In this document: positions 58,796 to 64,000 of the stretch, one piece after another
Layout: each line of letters begins with the position of its first letter
Position numbering within the stretch: position 1 is the first letter of the stretch
IMG/VR virus record: IMGVR_UViG_3300032092_000001
DNA length: 64,000 bases
Source of the DNA: a virus
Lineage: Duplodnaviria > Caudoviricetes
Direction: 5' to 3' (one strand)
The notes under the pieces: generated by a model
What the model saw: the letters and a program-made list of their open reading frames with translations, nothing else
What the model was told of the DNA's origin: nothing
Database searches by the model: none
Translations under genes and position numbers: made by a program

Positions 58796-60010
58796 ATGAA
58801 AGAAAAAATTAAAGTTTTAGTTATTCCATCAGACACAACAGGTGTTGGTAGATTCCGTTCTATAAATCCACACACGTTTTTGCAAGAAAAATACTTTGAG
58901 GATTTTCACATTGATATTGAATTTAATCCTGATTTAAACAATCTAAATTATTTTAAAGACTATCAAATAATTCATTTCCATCGTTCAGTTGGACCTGATT
59001 TGGACCGTTCAATTCAAGTAATACCTATTCTAAATTCAATGGGGATTATCACTATTTGTGATATTGATGATTATTGGTCTCCAACTAAAGAACATCCTTT
59101 ACATGACATTATTGTTACTCAAAAGATTAACGAGAAGATTGTTGCAAATTTAAAATTAGCAAAGTATGTTACAACAACAACGGAAGTATTTGCGGACGAG
59201 ATTAAAAAAATTAATCCAAATGTCGTAATTTTCCCAAATGCCATTGACCCAACGGAACCTCAGTTTAATGAACAATTAGTTGAGTCTGACAAAGTTAGGG
59301 TTGGTTGGTTAGGTGGCTCAAGTCACTTACATGATTTGAGACTTTTAGACGGAATGGTTGCAAAACTTTCTGACGTTCAAAAAGACATTCAATTTGTTCT
59401 TTGTGGTTTTGATACAAGAGGTATGATGACCGAAATTAATCAACAAACAGGTGAGCAAAAACGTAGACCGATTAAACCTCATGAGACCGTATGGTATGAG
59501 TATGAAAAAATATTCACAAATAACTATTCAATCGTAACACCTGAGTATAAAAAACATTTGGAGTTGTTTAGTCAAACAGAATTCTCAAATGAAATTAATG
59601 AATCGTATTTGAGAGTGTGGACGAAACCTGTTACATCATATGCTCGGAACTATTCAAAATTTGATATATCTTTGGCACCAATTAAACAACATATCTTTAA
59701 TAAGGTTAAATCACAATTAAAGGTAATTGAAGCGGGTTTCTATAAGAAAGCGTTAATTGCAACTGACTTCGGACCATATACCATTGATTTAAAACACGCT
59801 TTAAAGAATGGTGAGTTCACTGATGGTAACGCATTACTTGTTAAAGAAAGTAGAAACCACAGTGATTGGGCTAAGTACATTAAGAAATTGGTACAAAACC
59901 CAAACATGAGAATTGACATGGGTGAGAGACTTTACGAACACGTATCACAAAGATATGATTTAAATATTGTAACAAAAAACAGAGCAGAATTCTATAAATC
60001 AATTGTATGA
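58796..60010 (+). CDS. GT-B (GT4-like) glycosyltransferase
   Basis: GVGRFRS..P, ICDIDDYW, VTTTT..FA, PNAID, VGWLGGSSHLHDL, DISLAP...KSQLKVIEAG. Confidence 0.85.
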   Translation: MKEKIKVLVIPSDTTGVGRFRSINPHTFLQEKYFEDFHIDIEFNPDLNNLNYFKDYQIIHFHRSVGPDLDRSIQVIPILNSMGIITICDIDDYWSPTKEHPLHDIIVTQKINEKIVANLKLAKYVTTTTEVFADEIKKINPNVVIFPNAIDPTEPQFNEQLVESDKVRVGWLGGSSHLHDLRLLDGMVAKLSDVQKDIQFVLCGFDTRGMMTEINQQTGEQKRRPIKPHETVWYEYEKIFTNNYSIVTPEYKKHLELFSQTEFSNEINESYLRVWTKPVTSYARNYSKFDISLAPIKQHIFNKVKSQLKVIEAGFYKKALIATDFGPYTIDLKHALKNGEFTDGNALLVKESRNHSDWAKYIKKLVQNPNMRIDMGERLYEHVSQRYDLNIVTKNRAEFYKSIV

Positions 60011-60705
60011 TAAAACATCCATTACATAAAATCTTATTCCTTGACATTGAGACCGTCGGAATATCAAGTAATTTTGAAAATTTTCAAAAGGACCATCCTT
60101 CTCTTTCTTACCAATTTGAAAACTATTTGGATTGGTTTAAAAAAAGGTTTCCTGAAGAAGAAAGTAACACAAAGGAACAAATATTTGTTAATAGAGCAGC
60201 TTTGGTGCCTGAGTTTTCAAAAATTGTTTGTGTTTCGGTCGGATTTGTTGACCCAAAAGGTGAAGTTAAGAAACAAACATTCTTTAATTCAGACGAGACT
60301 CAATTATTAAGAGATGTGAACGCTCTTCTAAACCGTGTAGATAAATTAGGGTTTATTTTGTGCGGACATAACTTGAAGAATTTTGATATTCCCGTACTTG
60401 CAAAAAGAATGATGATAAATGGAATTTTACCATCGTCAATTTTACCGACATATGACACAAAACCATGGGAGATTAAAGCAATTGATACAAAAGAGATTTG
60501 GCAATACGGACAATTCGGAGCGATATCGTCACTTGAATTAATGTGTATTTCATTGGGTATTGAAAGTTCAAAAAATATGGAGGTTACTGGCAATAAAGTT
60601 CATGACTCATTTTGGAATGAAAATAAGTACCAAGAAATTCAAGATTATTGTGAGAAAGATGTTGAGGTGTTAATAAATGTTGTTAGTAAATTAGTGTCAT
60701 TATGA
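60007..60705 (+). CDS. DEDD 3'-5' exonuclease (stand-alone PolB-exonuclease-like)
   Basis: FLDIETV, CGHNLKNFDIP, IDTKEIW, YCEKDV. Confidence 0.85.
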   Translation: MIKHPLHKILFLDIETVGISSNFENFQKDHPSLSYQFENYLDWFKKRFPEEESNTKEQIFVNRAALVPEFSKIVCVSVGFVDPKGEVKKQTFFNSDETQLLRDVNALLNRVDKLGFILCGHNLKNFDIPVLAKRMMINGILPSSILPTYDTKPWEIKAIDTKEIWQYGQFGAISSLELMCISLGIESSKNMEVTGNKVHDSFWNENKYQEIQDYCEKDVEVLINVVSKLVSL

Positions 60706-61298
60706 GTCAAAACAAAGAAATAAGTGATGATGAGTTTGTAAAACAAATCAATGAAATGAGAAAAGTTTTACAATCTTTAGTAGATGGGGAATCTGTAAAT
60801 GAATTAAGTGACGAATTGGGTACTGACTTTTCAGAATTCAATGAGTTAGTCTTTAACCCTCCTATTACAAAAATAGAGTTAAAATACAAGTCACCATTTA
60901 AGTTATTTTATAATTATGAATCCGATAGTGGATTTGATTTATATTCAACTGAAGAGATTACCATACCCGCTTTTGGTAGAGTATTAGTTCCAACAGGAAC
61001 TTACTTTGACATACCGTCAGGACATGAAATACAGGTTAGAACAAAAAGTGGATTAGCAATTAAAGAAGGATTAATGGTATTAAACAGTCCCGGAACTGTA
61101 GACGAAGGATATACAGGTGAAGTTAAAGTAATTATTTTTAATGTTAACAACCACGAATACACAATTAAAAAAGGTATGAAAGTTGCTCAAGCCGTATTGG
61201 CGAGATGTCACCAAGGGATTTCAGTTGATTTAGTCTCGGTAAGTGGGATTGATGAGAAGGATAGAAATGAAAACGGTTTTGGGAGTACGGGGATATGA
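60702..61298 (+). CDS. dut: Trimeric dUTPase with N-terminal extension
   Basis: All five motifs: SGFDL, RTKSGLA, GTVDEGYTGE, AQAV, RNENGFGSTG. Confidence 0.93.
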   Translation: MSQNKEISDDEFVKQINEMRKVLQSLVDGESVNELSDELGTDFSEFNELVFNPPITKIELKYKSPFKLFYNYESDSGFDLYSTEEITIPAFGRVLVPTGTYFDIPSGHEIQVRTKSGLAIKEGLMVLNSPGTVDEGYTGEVKVIIFNVNNHEYTIKKGMKVAQAVLARCHQGISVDLVSVSGIDEKDRNENGFGSTGI

Positions 61299-62929
61299 TT
61301 ACGATAGGATATAGTACAAGAGAATCTAAACCTGAGTTTCAAGAGTATTTAAGAAAATCTGCAGGACACCCCAAGGTTCAGATTATTGAAAAGGTTAATA
61401 ATGGAGAAAAAAACTTATCTCAAGTTTATAATGAAATTATATCTGAATCTAACCACGATATTATAGTTTTATGTCACGACGACATTTATTTTGATACAAA
61501 TAATTGGGCTAACAAGTTATCCAAAGTTTTTGATAAAAATTCAGAATATGGAATACTCGGAATGGCAGGTACTACTCACATGCCAAAAAGTGGTATGTGG
61601 TGGGAAGATAGAACAAAAATGTACGGAATTGTTAATCACGAACATGATGGAAAAAAATGGGAGTCAAAATATGCCGATTCATTAGGTAATGACGTTAAAG
61701 AAGTTGTAGTAGTTGATGGTGTATTTATTGCCATTCATAAAAACAAGATTAAAAGTAATTTTGATGAATCCGTTAGTGGATTTCATATGTACGATATAAA
61801 TTTTTGTTTTAAGAACTTCTTAGATGGAGTTAAAATTGGAGTCATAACAAACATACGTCTTACTCACAAATCCATTGGAATGACAAACGAACAATGGGAA
61901 ACCAATAAGAATTTGTTTGCTGAAAAATACAAAGACAACCTACCAACAAAAGTTAAATTTAACGAAAACTCAAATTTAAAAGTTTTAATATCTTGTTTGT
62001 TTTTTCAAAAATTTACAGGTTCAGAAATGTACGTTTTTGAATTAGCTAAAAATTTAGTTAAACAAAATTGTGATGTCACTGTTGTCGCATCTGAGACCAA
62101 CGGACCATTAGTATTGATGGCAACTAAATTAGGTATTAAAGTTAAGAATATAAAAGAAACTCCTGGATTTAAAATGGGTGATGGTAAATGGATGATTAAT
62201 ACAGACAAAGGACCACAACCATCAATTCCAAATAATTTTTATCAAGTAGACACTCCGCATTTTGATATTATTCATTGTCAACACAAACCAATTGTTGAGA
62301 TTATGAATACACTATATCCAACAGTTGATAAAATTTGTACGATTCATTCTGAAGTAATTGCACTTGAGAATCCTGTAGTACATAATAGTATTAAAAGATA
62401 CATCGCAATCCGTCCTGAGATTAAAGAACATATTGTGAATAATTTTAATATATCTGAAGATATTGTAGATGTCATCTATAACCCAATTGATGAAACCAAA
62501 TTTTATAACAAAAATATAAAGTCTGAGAATTATATTTTATTTGTCGGCTCAATTGATTACTTGAGGAAAAATACAATATTAGATTTGATAGAAGTTTCTA
62601 AAAATGAGAATAAAGAACTTTGGTTGGTTGGTGAAAATAAATCAGATTACCTAACTGAAATTTTAAAAAACTCACATGTAAAATATTTTCCACCCACATT
62701 AGAAGTTGATAAATACATTCATAAATGTAGTGAGACTGCGGGTATACTTTTAGGTAGAACAACAATTGAGGGGTGGATGTGCGGAAAACCAGGTTGGATT
62801 TATAATGTTGATGGTACAGGTAAAATAATAAATAAAGAATTTCATGATGTTCCGTCAAATATTGATAGATTTTATTCGTCAAATGTGTCAATAGAAATAA
62901 AACGTAAGTATTGTTTAATAATATCTTAA
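61295..62929 (+). CDS. Two-domain glycosyltransferase (GT-A N-domain plus GT4-like C-domain)
   Basis: VYNEII..S..DIIVLCHDDIY, VVDGVFIA, FHMYD; second half TGSEMYVFELAK, IHCQH, TIHSE, YNPID, GRTTIEGWMCGKP. Confidence 0.8.
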   Translation: MITIGYSTRESKPEFQEYLRKSAGHPKVQIIEKVNNGEKNLSQVYNEIISESNHDIIVLCHDDIYFDTNNWANKLSKVFDKNSEYGILGMAGTTHMPKSGMWWEDRTKMYGIVNHEHDGKKWESKYADSLGNDVKEVVVVDGVFIAIHKNKIKSNFDESVSGFHMYDINFCFKNFLDGVKIGVITNIRLTHKSIGMTNEQWETNKNLFAEKYKDNLPTKVKFNENSNLKVLISCLFFQKFTGSEMYVFELAKNLVKQNCDVTVVASETNGPLVLMATKLGIKVKNIKETPGFKMGDGKWMINTDKGPQPSIPNNFYQVDTPHFDIIHCQHKPIVEIMNTLYPTVDKICTIHSEVIALENPVVHNSIKRYIAIRPEIKEHIVNNFNISEDIVDVIYNPIDETKFYNKNIKSENYILFVGSIDYLRKNTILDLIEVSKNENKELWLVGENKSDYLTEILKNSHVKYFPPTLEVDKYIHKCSETAGILLGRTTIEGWMCGKPGWIYNVDGTGKIINKEFHDVPSNIDRFYSSNVSIEIKRKYCLIIS

Positions 62930-62998
62930 AATACTGAAAATTATAATAAGTGTTTTATTTATTTTTATTCAAAAATTAGTACTTTTTAGTATAAAAAT

Positions 62999-63706
62999 AT
63001 GGAAATAAGAGTTTTAGTTATCAATATAAACAATAAAAATTATACTAAAAATTGTATAAATTTACTTTTAAATCAAAGATTTAAAAAATTTAAAATTACT
63101 TTATTCGACCAAAGTTCTACCGAAGAGGGTACCGAAGAAATATTAAATTATTTCATCAATCTTGGGGTTGACGTAATAAAGAGTGATTCTAATGTTCCTG
63201 TAAATTCTGTTTGGAATTGGTTTTATGAAAATTATAATGAAGATATATTATGTTTTTTAAATAATGATGTACTTATTTATGATAATTTTATTTCAGACAT
63301 TATTAATGTTTTTAAAAAGGAGCCGACCGTTGGTGTTGTCGTACATTCAACTAATCATGATAATTTTACAGAAAAAAAAGAAATTACCGAGTATACCGTA
63401 GTAGAACCAAAAATATTTATGCAAGGGTGGGATTTTAGTATTAGGAGAGATGCATATACTATAGTTCCAACAGAATTAAAAACTTATTGCGGTGATGATT
63501 TTATTTTCCATAACTTATACGAAAAGGGGTATAATTTAGCATATATTACAAGCTCTCCGATGATTCATTTTGAAGGTCAATCAAAACCATTCCTTTCTCA
63601 TGGAGGGGTTATTGATATCATTACGTATAAAAATATGGGATATCCTCATTATTTAAGAATTAATAATGAATTTTCAAATTTAAGACCAAATAAAATCTTT
63701 ATATAA
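62999..63706 (+). CDS. GT2-like glycosyltransferase
   Basis: VININNKNYT..CI, FDQSS, CFLNNDV, GWDFSIRR, YCGDDF, HFEGQS. Confidence 0.8.
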   Translation: MEIRVLVININNKNYTKNCINLLLNQRFKKFKITLFDQSSTEEGTEEILNYFINLGVDVIKSDSNVPVNSVWNWFYENYNEDILCFLNNDVLIYDNFISDIINVFKKEPTVGVVVHSTNHDNFTEKKEITEYTVVEPKIFMQGWDFSIRRDAYTIVPTELKTYCGDDFIFHNLYEKGYNLAYITSSPMIHFEGQSKPFLSHGGVIDIITYKNMGYPHYLRINNEFSNLRPNKIFI

Positions 63707-63714
63707 AATTACCA

Positions 63715-64000
63715 ATGAAAATTTTAATAACAGGAGTTGCAGGACTATTAGGTAGCCGATTATCAGACTGGATAATTGAAAATAAAACAGATGTTGAGGT
63801 TATTGGAATTGATAACCTAAGTGGGGGATATATAGAAAATATAAATAATAAGGTAAGATTTTACAATATGGACCTTAAAGATTTTAATTTAAGTAATATC
63901 TTTGAAGATGAAAAACCTGATTATGTTTTTCATTTCGCCGCATATGCCGCGGAAGGTCTTTCTCCATTTATTAGACAATATAACTACGAAAATAATCTAG
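63715..64000 (+). CDS. NAD-dependent nucleotide-sugar epimerase/dehydratase; 3' end runs off the window
   Basis: Manual translation MKILITGVAGLLGSRL...GIDNLSGG...DYVFHFAAYAAEG (GxxGxxG Rossmann motif). Confidence 0.88.
   Translation, partial: MKILITGVAGLLGSRLSDWIIENKTDVEVIGIDNLSGGYIENINNKVRFYNMDLKDFNLSNIFEDEKPDYVFHFAAYAAEGLSPFIRQYNYENNL

Noticed and set aside
207-63000. Many short opposite-strand or alternate-frame ORFs in the supplied track (e.g. 207..419, 1991..2206, 6447..6698, 17895..18212, 38940..39461, 53584..53799, 56677..57081)
   Set aside because: They lie wholly within long, motif-bearing genes and have no recognisable motifs; they are shadow ORFs, some produced by repetitive codons.
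1-64000. Stop-codon reassignment, as seen in some jumbo phages
   Set aside because: Conserved genes are full length in code 11 and both TAA and TAG end genes at expected positions.
1-64000. tRNA or other structured ncRNA genes
   Set aside because: Intergenic gaps are short and AT-rich; no cloverleaf or T-loop (GTTCRA) context recognised. tRNAscan-SE or Infernal would be needed to exclude them fully.

Overview
This is a 64 kb slice of an AT-rich (roughly 30% GC by eye) jumbo-type myovirus with T4-like architecture, read in the standard genetic code. In order it holds: (1) 1-7.7 kb, a replication/recombination block (nrdA partial, nrdB, DnaB/gp41-like helicase, 5'-3' exonuclease, RecA/UvsX-like protein, gp32-like SSB) behind a textbook sigma70-type promoter; (2) 7.7-29.4 kb, a contractile-tail block (giant baseplate hub and tube-initiator proteins, gp53-like LysM wedge protein, tape measure, chaperone pair with a probable programmed frameshift, tube, sheath, terminator and neck); (3) 29.4-37 kb, SNF2 helicase, an Fe/Mn superoxide dismutase fused to a nuclease-like domain, a neck protein and a family B DNA polymerase; (4) 37-56 kb, tail-fibre/virion genes with an embedded five-gene glycosyltransferase cassette; (5) 56-64 kb, small unknown genes with a WYL protein, then a second glycosyltransferase/dUTPase/exonuclease/epimerase cluster. 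The best candidate for a new system is phage-encoded mucin-type O-glycosylation of the virion. A GT60-like polypeptide GlcNAc transferase and four more transferases sit directly downstream of a 1715-aa virion protein with three Pro/Thr mucin-like linkers flanking a GH18-like barrel. Other notable signals are a recurrent TATTTAT element ahead of structural genes, an unannotated ribbon-helix-helix gene with a tandem operator-like repeat, and a predicted H-type pseudoknot in the polymerase leader. No tRNA, rRNA, CRISPR array, intron, intein or integrase was recognised. All family assignments come from motif recognition by eye, not database searches.
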